A DNA stretch of 64,000 nt. Origin: Felis catus (Eukaryota). Where the stretch lies: positions 45,510,001 through 45,574,000 of the forward strand of contig NC_058368.1 in NCBI RefSeq assembly GCF_018350175.1, read 5' to 3'. Under the pieces are notes generated by a model that saw only the letters and a program-made list of their open reading frames with translations, made no database searches and was not told the DNA's origin. A program made the position numbers and the translations under genes. The first letter of the stretch is position 1. Each line of letters begins with the position of its first letter. Below are positions 10,646-23,246 of the stretch, piece after piece.

Positions 10646-12759
10646 TCTTATAAAAGAACCAAATGAAAATTTTAAGTTGAAAAGTACAATAACTGAAATG
10701 AAAAATTCAATAGAAGGACCCAACAGAATTTTCAGCTTACAAAACAAATAAGCTGGAAAGTATACCAATAAATAATGTATAGTCTGAAAACCAAAGATAA
10801 AAAACAATGAAGAAAAACCAAAGAGCTTCAATGAACTATATGACACCATTAGGCACACCCACATATGTGTAATGAAAATGATAGAAATAGAGGAGAGAAA
10901 AAAGGAAAGAAAAAAATTTGAATAGTTGCTGAAAATTGAAATGTAATGAGAAATATTCATCTATACAACTAAGAAAATCAACAAATTCTAAGATGCACAT
11001 AAAGAGATACATATCCAAACAAATAAAATGAAAATGTAGAAAGAGAAAATTTTTTAAATCTTGAAATAGTAAGAGAAAAACACTCATTACTGATAAGTGA
11101 ACCCCAGTAAGATTAATAGCTGAGTTACCATCAGAAACAATGGCTTGAAAAATTAGGGTTGACAAATTCAAAATGCCAAAACTGAAAAAAAAAATCAACC
11201 AAAAATCCTCTCCACCAAAAGTAGTTTTCAAAAATAAAGGCAAAATAAGGACATTTCACAACAAACAAAAGTTTATACAATGTTTTGCTAACAGACTTGT
11301 CCTACAAAGAGTACTAAAAGAAGTTCTTTAGGCTGAAAGTAAGTGACATTAGACAGTAATTTGAATTAATACATAAACACAAAATGTAAAGGTAACTATG
11401 CAGGTGTGTGTATGTAATTATAAATAAGAGTATAATTATGAATTACTTATCCTTTCTTCTATTATTTAAACAATTTTATAAATAATATATACATGTCATA
11501 TTATTGAAATTATAACACATATCTATGAAGTATGTTTAACAATAAGAGCACAAATATGTGGGTTTGAAAAAAGCTATATCACAAGGCAACTGAAATCCAT
11601 TGGAGGCAATTAAGGAGTAGTAATTAAGAAGGTTGATATAACAAATTCTGTAAGTATACACTTCTTTTCCTTTATTCTGTCAGCTTCTTTAAAAGACATG
11701 TGATAAAAAAGTCATAATTATAAGTATGCATTCTTGGGTTTGTTATATGTAAAGACCTAATAGGTTTAATGATAACTCTACAAGGGTGAATATAAAAAAA
11801 TAAATATATATTACTCAACCTTCTATATTTTACTGGACTTTAGTATAAATCTAAAACCCCAAATAGGTTTTGATATGTTAGGAAGTGTACTGTAAGCCCT
11901 AGAGAGACTACAAAACAACGATGAAAAAATTTAAAAGATACAATAGAAATTCCATGTTCAAGGATTGGAAGAATATTATTAAAATTGCCATACTACCCAA
12001 AGCATTCTTTAGACTCAATAAAATTTATATCAAAATCCCAATGGCATTTTTTTACATAAATAACAAGAACAAAAAAATCCTTAAATACATATGGAACCAA
12101 AAAATGATCCAGAATAGGCCAAAAACAATTTTGAGCAAGAACAAAGATGGAGGCATCATACTTCCTGATTTCAAAATGTATTACAAACATACAGTAATCA
12201 AAATAGTATGATATTGACATAAAAACAGACACATAGACCAAAGGAACAGAATACAGAACCCAGAAATACACCCTTGTATATATAGACAAGTGATCTTTGA
12301 CAAGGGTACCGAGAATAGAAAATGGGGAAAGAAAGGTTTCTTCAATAAATGGTGTCTAAAAATTGGATATACGATGCAAAGACTGAAATTGAACCCTTAT
12401 CTTACACCATACACAAAAAATCAGCTCAAAATGAGTTCAATACTGAGATATCAGAACCTGAAACCATAAAACACTTTGAAGAAATGAGGGGAAAATGTCT
12501 TCATATTGGGCTTAACAATTATTTCTTGCATACGATACCAAAAACACAGAACAAAAAATACAACAAAACCAAAAAATAGACAAATGGGGTTATACTAAAC
12601 TAAAAAGCTGCTGCACAAAGGAAAACAACCAGCAAATTGAAAAGGAAACATATGGAATAGGAGAAAATATTTAGAAACCATATACCTGATAAAGGTTAAT
12701 ATCCAAAATGTTTAAATAATTCTAATAACAAAAGAAAATTATTTTAAAAATGGGGAAGT

Positions 12760-12935
12760 GGAGTGTCTGGTTGTCTCAGTCGATTAAGCATCCAGCTTCA
12801 GTTCAGGTCATGATGTCATGGTTTGTGAGTTTGAGCCCTGCATCAGTCTCTGTTGTCAGCGTGGAGCCTACTTTGGATCCTCTGTCTCCACCCCTCCTCC
12901 ATACTCTCTCAAAAATAAATGAACGTTAAAAAAAA
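12760..12935 (+). mobile_element. Felid/carnivore SINE inserted in L1 ORF2
   Basis: SINE head and body. Imperfect TSD aaaaatggggaag / aaaaatggagaag. Confidence 0.9.
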
Positions 12936-13649
12936 TGGAGAAGACATTTCTCCAATGAAGACATATAAATTGCCAATAGGTATATGAAAAGGTGCTCAAC
13001 ATCACTAGTCATCAAGGAAATGGAAATAAAAACCATGATGAGATATAACCCCATACCTGTTAGATTGGCTATTATAAAAAAAATGATAAAAAGTGTTGAA
13101 GAGTTTGTGGAGAAAAGGAAATAAACACTGATGGTGGGAATGTGAATTGATGCAACCATTATAAAAAATACCGAAAACTACATTTTGATCCATCAATCCC
13201 ACTTTTGGGTATTAACCCAAAGGAATTGGAATGAGGATCTTCAATAGATATCTGTACCCATCTATTCACTAAGGATTATTCATAGTAGCCATGACATGGA
13301 AGCAACCTAAATGTACAATAGATGAAAGGATAAATATGGTATTTATATACAATAGAATGCTATTCAGCTTTTAAAAAGAATGTCATTTGTGACAATATGG
13401 ATGATTGCAAAGGGCATTATACCAAGTATAATAAGCCAATCACAGAAGAACAAATACTATGTGATCTTACTTGTATAAAGAATTTAAAAGAATCAAGCTC
13501 ACAGAAGTACAGAGTAGAATAATCATTCCCAGGGGCTCGGGATAAGGGATACAGGAAGGTGATGGTCAAACGGCACAGGTTTAGTTATGCAAAATCAGTA
13601 CATCCTAGAGATCTACTCTATTTCATAATACCTATTTAATGAAACTGTA

Positions 13650-13974
13650 CAGTTGACTTTTGAATAACACAGGGGCTAGTGGCAAGCCCCTGTGTGGTTG
13701 AAAATTTTTTATAAATTTTGACTTCCCCAAACCTTATAACTACTAACAGCCTATTTGACTGGAAGCCTTACTGATAGCATAAACAGTCAATCAATGCATA
13801 TTTTCTGTGTTATATATCTTATATGCTCTATTCTTTCAATAAAGTAAATTTTTAAAAAGTCAAGAAAATCGTAGAGAAAGTACATTTACAGCTCTATACT
13901 CTATTTACGTAAAAAAAAATCCCTATATAAGAGGATGCACACATTTCAAACTTGTATTGTTCAATATTCAACTG
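13650..13974 (+). mobile_element. Tigger2a/MER8-like non-autonomous Tc1/mariner (pogo) DNA transposon
   Basis: Terminal inverted repeats CAGTTGACTTTTGAATAACAC ... GTATTGTTCAATATTCAACTG. TA on both sides (13648-13649 and 13975-13976). Internal TTTTGACTTCCCCAAA...GGAAGCCTTACTGATAGCATAAACAGTC. Confidence 0.9.
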
Positions 13975-14029
13975 TATTGTATACTAATAAATTTGCTTAT
14001 AGGGTACATTTTCTGTTCAGTGTTCTTAT

Positions 14030-14033
14030 CAAT

Positions 14034-14082
<49 letters not shown>
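14030..14082. repeat. (CA)n microsatellite in L1 3' UTR
   Basis: Read directly. Confidence 0.95.
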
Positions 14083-14085
<3 letters not shown>

Positions 14086-14234
14086 TCCAGGAGGAAACTT
14101 TTGGAAATGATGAATATGTTTACAGCACAGATTGTGGTGATGATTTCACAGGTATATATCAAATATGTATATTAAATATGTACCATTTTTTGTATGCCAG
14201 TCATAGCTGAATGAAGTGGTTTTTTTTTTAAAGA

Positions 14235-14415
14235 ATGAATTCTATTTCTGTACAATTCTAATGAAGACTCCGAAACTGAAATTAAGAAAAAATCCAATTT
14301 ACAATAGAATTAAAAAGAATAAAATAATTAATAAATTTAAGACTCAGATACTGAAAACCACAAAACATTGAGGGGGGAAATTAAAGACCTAAGTAAATAG
14401 AAAGACACTATGTTT
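14235..14415 (+). mobile_element. Old L1 ORF2 fragment, possibly the continuation of the 8.5-11.9 kb element
   Basis: CAATTTACAATAG...ATACTGAAAACCACAAAACATTGAG...GAAATTAAAGACCTAAGTAAATAGAAAGAC, typical L1 RT-region sequence. Confidence 0.75.
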
Positions 14416-14640
14416 CCCTGTGGTACACGCTGTGGTATACTCTGTGAAGTACTTAAGGGCATGTCATGTGTTTTATTGAGGCAAATTAAAGAGATCAGGA
14501 TCAACCTTTTTATCATTACTTCTTCTTTTTTTTTTTTTGAATCTAAACCATCTGTACGGCTGGTAAATGCAGTGAAGGCTCACAACCTGATATGGAATGT
14601 GAGACGTGAGAAACCCACTTGCCTCACTCACAAATTTAGG

Positions 14641-14862
14641 ACAGGATTTTTCAACCCTGTCACCATTGACACTTTGGACAGGATAATCCTCTCCATTGTG
14701 AGGCAACATAAGAATATTTGCAGCACCACTTTCCCTCTGGCCTTTATCTGCCCCCTATTGTTACTCCCACTTTCCTCAACACTCACATTTCAGCTCAGTA
14801 GAGACCATCAAAAATGCCTCCGGACGTTGCTAAATGTCTCCTGAGGGTAAAAACACCCCATA
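14641..14862 (+). mobile_element. MER20 (hAT-Charlie) DNA transposon
   Basis: CACCATTGACACTTTGGACAGGATAATC ... CAAAAATGCCTCCGGACGTTGCTAAATGTCTCCTGAGGGTAAAA resembles MER20. Confidence 0.8.
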
Positions 14863-15253
14863 TGAAAATAAACATTTTTCAGAAAATGTAAGAAAACTTT
14901 GAATTCATGCTCTTTTTTTTTTTTAAATAATGTGGGAAGCCCTCCCAGATCTCTAGCCTGTAACTTCCACTTTGTCTTCAGGAACTAAGTAAAGCACTAC
15001 TACTGCCATTTACTCGTGTCTGACATCGGTCCAATTATCTCCTTCTCTTCTTAGTTCCTATGGAAACTATTAGGCCATAAAACAAGGCAATAAGTGATAT
15101 ATTGCTTTATATTATTTTCTATTGATTTATGTTTGTTGACTTTTTCCCCACTGAGACTATATCCTTGTGGCCAGGAAATATGTCTTTATGTATTTTGTTT
15201 TCTTTGTGTGATTAACAAAGTTTAAATGCTCACTTAAAAATATTTGTGGTTTC

Positions 15254-16261
15254 AGTACTCCTGTATCCCTTGGATAAATTCCTAGCAGTGCTATTGCTGG
15301 GTCATAGGGTAGGTCTATTTTTAATTTTTTGAGGAACCTCCACACTGCTTTCCAGAGCGGCTGCACCAATTTGCATTCCCACCAACAGTGCAAGAGGGTT
15401 CCCGTTTCTCCACATCCTCTCCAGCATCTAGAGTCTCCTGATTTGTTCATTTTGGCCACTCTGACTGGCGTGAGGTGATACCTGAGTGTGGTTTTGATTT
15501 GTATTTCCCTGATAAGGAGCGACGCTGAACATCTTTTCATGTGCCTGTTGGCCATCCGGATGTCTTCTTTAGAGAAGTGTCTATTCATGTTTTCTGCCCA
15601 TTTCTTCACTGGGTTATTTGTTTTTCGGGTGTGGAGTTTGGTGAGCTCTTTATAGATTTTGGATACTAGCCCTTTGTCCGATATGTCATTTGCGAATATC
15701 TTTTCCCATTCCGTTGGTTGCCTTTTAGTTTTGTTGGTTGTTTCCTTTGCTGTGCAGAAGCTTTTTATAGGGCCACTTGTACCCCAATGTTCATAGCAGC
15801 ACTCTCAACAATAGCCAAATTATGGAAAGAGCCTAAATGTCCATCAACTGATGAATGGATAAAGAAATTGTGGTTTATATACACAATGGAATATTACGTG
15901 GCAATGAGAAAAAATGAAATATGGCCTTTTGTAGCAACGTGGATGGAACTGGAGAGTGTGATGCTAAGTGAAATAAGCCATACAGAGAAAGACAGATACC
16001 ATATGGTTTCACTCTTAGGTGGATCCTGAGAAATTAACAGGAACCCATGGGGGAGGGGAAGGAAAAAAAAAAAAAACAGGTTAAAGTGGGAGAGAGCCAA
16101 AGCATAAGAGACTCTTAAAAACTGAGAACAAACTGAGGGTTGATGGGGGGGTGGGAGGGAGGAGAGGGTGGGTGATGGGTATTGAGGAGGGCACCTTTTG
16201 GGATGAGCACTGGGTGTTGTATGGAAACTAATTTGTCAATAAATTTCATATAAAAAAAAAT
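15254..16261 (+). mobile_element. Young felid L1, 5'-truncated with a 5' inversion (15254-15768 antisense; 15767-16261 sense with poly(A))
   Basis: Minus-strand ORF2 peptide 15157..15609 and plus-strand ORF2 C-terminus 15718..16029 are adjacent parts of ORF2. 14-bp TSD ATATTTGTGGTTTC at 15240-15253 and 16262-16275. Confidence 0.97.
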
Positions 16262-17379
16262 ATATTTGTGGTTTCCAAGAGTTACATACATACACACCCA
16301 CACCCTCCATGAAGGGAGCAGAGAACTAGGCTAGTATCTTGGTAAAAGAACTATAAAAATCACCAACCCAGGATGTGTCAATTTACTTATCTCTAGCTAC
16401 TGTCAATATCTATGATCATATGGTTCTGAACGTAGTAGGAAACAAATTCATATTTAGTGAATGGCACATAACAAGCAAAGTCCTACCAATTTAAGTCAGC
16501 TTTAAAATGTTCCCATCTCCTGGTAATACATTTTTCATTTACTCTAAGTATGCAAGCTCCTAACAAGTTCACTCCTGCTCTCAGCATTTATAAACATAAT
16601 AGGCTTTTTGACTTATAATAGCAGAAATAATGGAGATGTGGAGAGGGTCATACAAGGAAGTGTATTCAGTGAAATTAAGGGGAATCTAGGTCCATTCGTG
16701 CATATTCCACTACTTGAAAGGAAGTTAGTAATTCTGAGATTATAGCATTCATTGGGCTTTCTAAGGTTATGAAACATTTCAAAGGTTAAACAAGGTTATT
16801 AAATGATTCTAGGAGTTCATAAATTAGTCACTATAGATTTTTTAAACAAAGGCACTTTAAAATAAAGCAGAATGATTTGGAATTGTATTGATTTATCCAG
16901 TTAAATGTGCCAATATATATCCTCTTTCACTTTTCATTTAGAAATATAACCAAGAAAATGTTAGTCCTACTGATTGTAATTTTTGATGCTAAATTAGAGT
17001 ATTTAAGTATATCCTAATTGATTTTTCTCTAAGAAGCAGAAGAGTCAGTAAAAATAGATTTGAAAGGAAATGTGTCTGCCCTTATGTATCTAAGATGGTA
17101 GAATAATTTGGAGAAAATAGCACTTGATGAAATATGTTAAAACATAGGTGGGTATTGAAAGGAAAAATGTTTCATGAATGATTCTTAAGTTGTCAAGTAT
17201 TAAAATGCATCTTCTAATCTGATCTATGATTTTAAAAATTAAAGTTCTGGTTAATCAATTGTATCAAATAATTGAAAGTGTTCTTTAAAATAACATATGT
17301 AATGATGGAGAAAACCTCTGGGTTTCTAATTTTCTGAGCCAACTGCAAGGTGGGGAAAATATAAGAGGGGTGGAGCATA

Positions 17380-18547
17380 AAGGACCTGAATGTGAGACAG
17401 GAAACCATCAAAACCCTAGAGGAGAAAGCAGGAAAAGACCTCCCTAACCTCAGCTGTAGCAATTTCTTACTTGACACATCCCCAAAGGCAAGGGAATTAA
17501 AAGCAAAAATGAACTACTGGGATCTTATGAAGATAAAAAGCTTCTGCACAGCAAAGGAAACAACCAACAAAACTAAAAGGCAACCAACGGAATGGGAAAA
17601 GATATTTGCAAATGACATATCGGACAAAGGGCTAGTATCCAAAATCTATAAAGAGCTCACCAAACTCCACACCCGAAAAACAAATAACCCAGTGAAGAAA
17701 TGGGCAGAAAACATGAATAGACACTTCTCTAAAGAAGACATCTGGATGGCCAACAGGCACATGAAAAGATGCTCAGCGTCGCTCCTTATCAGGGAAATAC
17801 AAATCAAAACCACACTCAGGTATCACCTCACGCCAGTCAGAGTGGCCAAAATGAACAAATCACGAGACTATAGATGCTGGAGAGCATGTGGAGAAACGGG
17901 AACCCTCTTGCACTGTTGGTGGGAATGCAAATTGGTGCAGCCACTCTGGAAAACGGTGTGAAGGTTCCTCAAAAAATTAAAAATAGACCTACCCTATGAC
18001 CCAGCAATAGCACTGCTAGGAATTTACCCAAGGGATACAGGAGTACTGATGCATAGGGGCACTTGTACCCCAAGGTTTATAGCAGCACTCTCAACAATAA
18101 CCAAATTATGGAAAGAGCCTAAATGTCCATCAACTGATGAATGGATAAAGAAATTGTGGTTTATATACACAATGGAGTACTACGTGGCAATGAGAAAGAA
18201 TGAAATATGGCCCTTTGTAGCAACGTGGATGGAACTGGAGAGTGTTATGCTAAGTGAAATAAGCCATACTGAGAAAGACAGATACCATATGGTTTCACTC
18301 TTAAGTGGATCCTGAGAAACTTAACAGAAATCCATGGGGGAGGGGAAGGAGAAAAAAAAAAAGAGGTTAGAATGGAAGAAAGCCAAAGCATAAGAGACTC
18401 TTAAACTGAGAACAAACTGAGGGTTGATGGGGGGTGGGAGGGAGGGGAGGGTGGGTGATGGGTACTGAGGAGGGCCACCTTTTGGGATGAGCATTGGGTG
18501 TTGTATGGAAACCAATTTGACAATAAACTTCATATATTGAAAAAAAA
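17380..18547 (+). mobile_element. Young felid L1, 5'-truncated (ORF2 C-terminal region, 3' UTR, short A tail)
   Basis: ORF2 peptides 17392..17961 and 18049..18315, with a premature TGA ending at 17961. G-rich 3' UTR. Perfect 19-bp TSD ATAAGAGGGGTGGAGCATA at 17361-17379 and 18548-18566. Confidence 0.98.
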
Positions 18548-18791
18548 ATAAGAGGGGTGGAGCATAGGACATGGGACGTGATGGAGAGAGATCAGGAGTT
18601 TTTGTTATTGTTTATTTTATTTAGGAGTAAAAATGTACTTGGGAAAAAACCATAGCATGCCACAACATAAAGGATCAAATGAAGAGAAAAATGGGAGAAT
18701 AAGTAATTGTGTCAAAGCAGGGTCAAGTAAGGCAACAGGTTTCACTCTGTATTGCTCTTTTCTTTTTTTTTTTCTTTTTAAAAATTTTTTC

Positions 18792-19030
18792 TTAATGTTT
18801 ATTTATTTTTGAGAGGGAGAGAGGGAGGGAGAGAGCGAGCAAGCGAGTGAGAGTGCAAGCCAGCATGAGCAGGGGTGGGGCAGAGAGAGAGGAAGACAGA
18901 GAATCCGAAGCAGGCTCTAGGCTCTGAGCTGTCAGCACAGAACCCGTCACTGGACTCGAGCTCACGAACCATGAGATCATGACCTGAGCCAAAGTCAGAT
19001 GCTCAACTGAATGAGCAACTCAGGTGCCCC
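18792..19030 (-). mobile_element. Felid SINE inserted in the A-tail of the adjacent SINE
   Basis: SINE body ends ...CAGGTGCCCC at 19030. Inner repeat taaaaattttttt / taaaaatattttt. Confidence 0.93.
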
Positions 19031-19039
19031 TAAAAATAT

Positions 19040-19069
19040 TTTTAACGTTTATTTATTATTGGGGGGGGG

Positions 19070-19109
<40 letters not shown>

Positions 19110-19299
19110 AAGAGGAGACAAGTAGGGAGGGAGGGAGGAGCAGAGAGAAGGATACAGATGATTCGAAGCAGGCTCCACGCTGTGAGCACAGAATCCAATG
19201 CGGGGCTGGAACTCATGACTGTGAGATCATGACCTTGAGATCATGACTTGAGCAAAAATCAAGAGGGTCGCTTAACTGACTGAGCCACCCAGGTGCCCC
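19040..19299 (-). mobile_element. CanSINE (host of the nested pair; its tail remnant is at 18763-18780)
   Basis: Outer TSD CTGTATTGCTCTTTTC at 18747-18762 and 19299-19314. Internal duplication of TGAGATCATGAC(C/T)T. Confidence 0.93.
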
Positions 19300-21540
19300 T
19301 GTATTGCTCTTTTCAACAAGCACTTGTGAATGGCAATGTGTCTTAGAGTGACACCTTCATCTATGCTTTTATGTTACGGGTGTGAAATGGGAGAAAATAA
19401 GAGAAGTTCAGTGTGAGTGGCTATAGTGAGGGGTACCAGATAGCATGACAAAATGCCACCTTTTCTTAAAATATATTAGCAAGATATGAGAACCCTATTC
19501 CCTTTAAATAATATATTAAACTCTGAGATACACCCACATCTCTTATGACATTTTGTATAGCTTTCATCTTATTGATAATTGCTATCTTTTAAAGTTTTTT
19601 ATTTGAGAAGTGCTATGAAATGACCCCATTTTTAAGAGAAGTATGCATTATTTCAATAAAAGCTACTTTTTCATTTGACTCTAACTTATGTTTCTATAAT
19701 TTCATATGCTCTGATGACAAGAAAACAATCACTGCGTTTAGCCAGGTACACAAACAGGGGTAACATGAAATTGAGATCCTGAAGAAAGAATGATGGAAAG
19801 GGTTATTCTGATTCCATTAATTTGGATCACAATTCTATTGTGAATTGCCAGTAAGACGCATATACCGTAGTATACACCATAAGGACAGGTATAAAAACTG
19901 CTCTAAGGGATTATGTGACTATTCATCATGCGGAATGTGTCCACCTACAGATCATCTGTGCACAGACTTATATGTATATACATGCACGTTATTTGAACAT
20001 ATAAATCTCTGTGCTTTTCTGTCTTTCCCCCCGGAGCTCTGGCCATCTTTTCTTTTTGCTGTTCAGATTAAAATACTATCAAAACTAGGCATGATTCTCC
20101 ATCATTTTTTTATTATGGTAACATTTACCTTCATTTGAACAGTCATTGGCCACAAATCTTCAGATGTTGTGTTATAGTGCCTACTTTCTGATATATGACA
20201 ATATACAGAATTCTCAGTAGAATGCATATAATTCAGAATTATGTAACTGAATGACCATTAGGTCTGGAAAAGGTTTACTTAAAAGAAATCAAAGAAAAAT
20301 AAAATCAGTATATACCATTTCTAAATTGCCAATATTAAACCTTAGAATGTTCATGAACAGACTTAATTCTGTTTTGCTGACAAATAAAGCAAAGCAAAAT
20401 GCAATGATTTTCATCTATTTAGTAGTACTGTAGCACACAAATGTCATTCTCTGGAACCCATATCTATCAGACTAAATGACTGAATTTACATCTGCTATTG
20501 GATGGAATAAAATAAAGTCATTTTAATAGGACATACCCAGAGGATCAATGTTTCCTGCTTTGAAAATGAACATCTTAGTTTTCCCTAGGCATTTATGTGG
20601 GAACAAGAGATCATTATTCTATGACAGTGTTTCATTCCATTGACATTTCTAAACAGAGAACGCTTCTTGCAATGGGGGTCTAGGAGTGTGTTTACAAATA
20701 ATATGTATATCATCAGGGGTAGAGAAGAATCCATTACTTTGAAAAATGTGCATTTTTCTAATGCATTTAACTAATATTAAATCTGATTTCTTGAGTGTTT
20801 TAACTATTTCTTTTTTATAAGTGAAGCACCACTGAAAAGGCATATTAACTCTTTTAGGAGACAAGGATACTTTTATTGACTAAATGACTGAATTGATTCA
20901 TTAAATAGTGCCTTAACAGCCTAAAAGAGTAAATGCAACTTCAAAAGGTGCCAAACCTGCAACCATGGAAAATCTCTGGCACTGAAAAAAAAATCAATAT
21001 AACTATTCAATTGTCCATTTTGTGAAGAATTTTATGATGCTTTAGTAGAATTCCTAGGTCTTATTTTTAGATGTTTTCTTTTCTTTCAAGGATATGCCAT
21101 AGACCTGAATGCGATAACCTGCAGAGAACACACACACACCCACACACAACTTCTTTATTTGGGGTTCAGGCTAGAATGAAACAGAGTGGCCTATTATAAG
21201 CAAGGTTTTTAAAATCTCAGCAAGTCAGCATTATGTAGAAATCATAGTGGTCTGGGGCAATCAGAATTCTGATTGTTCTTTCTGAGTACTGAATTAGTCT
21301 AAACCAAAATACAGGCTCTATATAAAAGCATTTTTTTCATTTTCTATGAGTTTCAGGGATCACATGCTGAAAGTATGTTAGATAACATGCAAAAAGCTGT
21401 ATTTAACAGAGCATTATCTTTGGCCATAAGATTTGATTATGAAAAAACATGATTATTCCACATTTTCAAGAGTACCCGTCATTAATTCATTCAACATAGT
21501 TTTTGTCAATATGATCCGCATGAAATGCTAGGGATACTGA

Positions 21541-21557
21541 TTTTAATATTTATTTAT

Positions 21558-21591
<34 letters not shown>

Positions 21592-21776
21592 CACACACAC
21601 ACACAGACAGACAGGGCATGAGTGGGCATGGGCAGAGAGAGAGGGAGACACAGAATCCAAAGCAGGCTCCAGGCTCTGAGCTGCTAGCACAGAGCCTGAT
21701 GTGGGGCTTAAACTCATGAACCCGGAGATCATGATCTGAAGTTGGACACTGAGCCAACTGAGCCACCCAGGTGCCC
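21541..21776 (-). mobile_element. Felid SINE
   Basis: (GA)n tract, CAGAGCCTGATGTGGGGCT, ends CCAGGTGCCC. Imperfect TSD agggatactga / agggataccaa. Confidence 0.95.
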
Positions 21777-22784
21777 AAGGGATACCAAATTTAAATAAGC
21801 TCTTATATCTCGTGAGTTCATTGTCTGATAAGGGAAAAGTTTAAATAGTCATGTTATGGTCTAATGAACACCTAATCACAACTACCATTTTATTCACATA
21901 GCTTCAGTTTCTGTGAACTCTTGACAGTCTTCCAGGATGAAGCCACATATCAGAATCATCGACTGTGTCCACTATTTCTTTATTGTCCTCTGTAGCTTAT
22001 ATGTGTTCTAGGTTATCGTGAAATCTCCTCTCTAAACCCCATGCACCCACATGTATACATAACCTAGTCCATACCCTGCTAATGACTCAGTCTTAAACTT
22101 ATTCTCAAAAAAAAGGGGGGGGGGGCAGAATAATCTGTGCACTGCTTGCTTTATGGTCCCACCAGTTCATCTGCTTCCTTACCTACATGTCTGTCTTTTC
22201 TCCTGTTATGACAGACAGTCCAAGAATCTTTATTCCTTATGAAGACCAATCCTTCCATTTGTTTGAGGCATCTCCTCCTGTTATCTAAACAGAGAGTTTG
22301 GTCCTACATTTATCTCCTGATTTGCTGAAATATGAGAGAAATGGAGTTCTGCCTTGTTTAAGTCCCTATTATTTAAAGTCTTTGTTAAAAGCAGTTGAAT
22401 TTAATATTTGCTAATACACTGGACTTCCCAATTCTCCAGCTCTGGACTTGAACTATTTAATTTTGTACTTTGTTTATACTGGGTAATGTAGCACTTCAGT
22501 GAGGACAAATCCTTATAAGGTATATTTAGAGGTGTGAGAAGATCTTGTCTAAATGTGCTAGACAGTGATGTGAAGAGAGAGAGGACACAAAGTCTATCTG
22601 TGTCCTATATATAAGTAATTTCTAAGCTTTCTTCTTTCCCCAGTCATGGATCTGAATGCACATAACCATTCTTTCTTATTTTGTCTAATTATTATGTCTG
22701 GCATGGTAAGGCCTTATCTCTGAAATGAGTAAACACAATTAATAGAGGAAACAGATACACATAGAAATTTTGTAGGTACTTTGT

Positions 22785-23007
22785 TTTTTTAATTTTAATG
22801 TTTATTCATTTTTGAGAGACAGAGAGACAGAGAGACAGACAGTGAGCAGGAGAGGGGCAGAGGGAGAGGGAGACACAGATTTTGAAGCAGGCTCCAGGTT
22901 CTGAGCTGTCAGCACAGAGCCTGATACGGGGCTCAAACCCACGAACCGCGAGTTCATGACCTGAGCTGAAGTTGGACGCTTAACTGACTGAGCCCCCCAG
23001 GAGCCCC
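22785..23007 (-). mobile_element. Felid SINE
   Basis: Full SINE body on the minus strand ending CAGGAGCCCC. Confidence 0.95.
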
Positions 23008-23246
23008 TCTCCCTCTACTTTTAGATTCTTTTGATTCTTCTCTACTATCCTACTGAAAAAATTCAGACTGTAATTTTATCTTTAATTTGTCCTCCAACTT
23101 TAGCGTAATTTTGACCAAGTTACTAAATTATCTTTGATTCCAGTTTATTAATTTACATTATTAGTAGACTAGACTAGATTATTTACCCATAGAATTCATG
23201 TCACCTTCAGAATCCTAAGATTTATAAGAGTCTGTTAGTCAATGGA

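Larger units (their letters stand above)
8530..11925 (+). mobile_element. Old L1 (L1M/L1MC-like): 5' region, ORF1 remnant and inter-ORF spacer, interrupted by SINEs
   Basis: A-rich strand bias. ORF1-like motifs (ACAATAACTGAAATGAAAAATTCAATAGAAGG; AAGATTAATAGCTGAGTTACCATCAGAAACAATGG; CCTACAAAGAGTACTAAAAGAAGTTCTTTAGGCTGAA) and GTAAGCCCTAGAGAGACTAC spacer. The 5' boundary is uncertain. Confidence 0.7.
11926..14232 (+). mobile_element. 5'-truncated L1 (L1MA/L1MB-like 3' end): ORF2 3' half plus 3' UTR, interrupted by a SINE and a Tigger2
   Basis: ORF2-like peptides in the ORF track ([46 protein letters not shown]). 3' UTR GGAGGAAACTTTTGGAAATGATGAATATGTTTAC...GTGGTTTTTTTTTTTAAAG. Confidence 0.88.

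Noticed and set aside
14410..14844. 144-aa ORF
   Set aside because: About half of it runs through a MER20 relic and a poly-T run; no coding hallmarks.
17392..18315. Longest ORFs (189 aa and 88 aa) as a host gene
   Set aside because: They are the C-terminal part of L1 ORF2 in a 5'-truncated copy with a premature stop; no promoter, ORF1, endonuclease or RT core.
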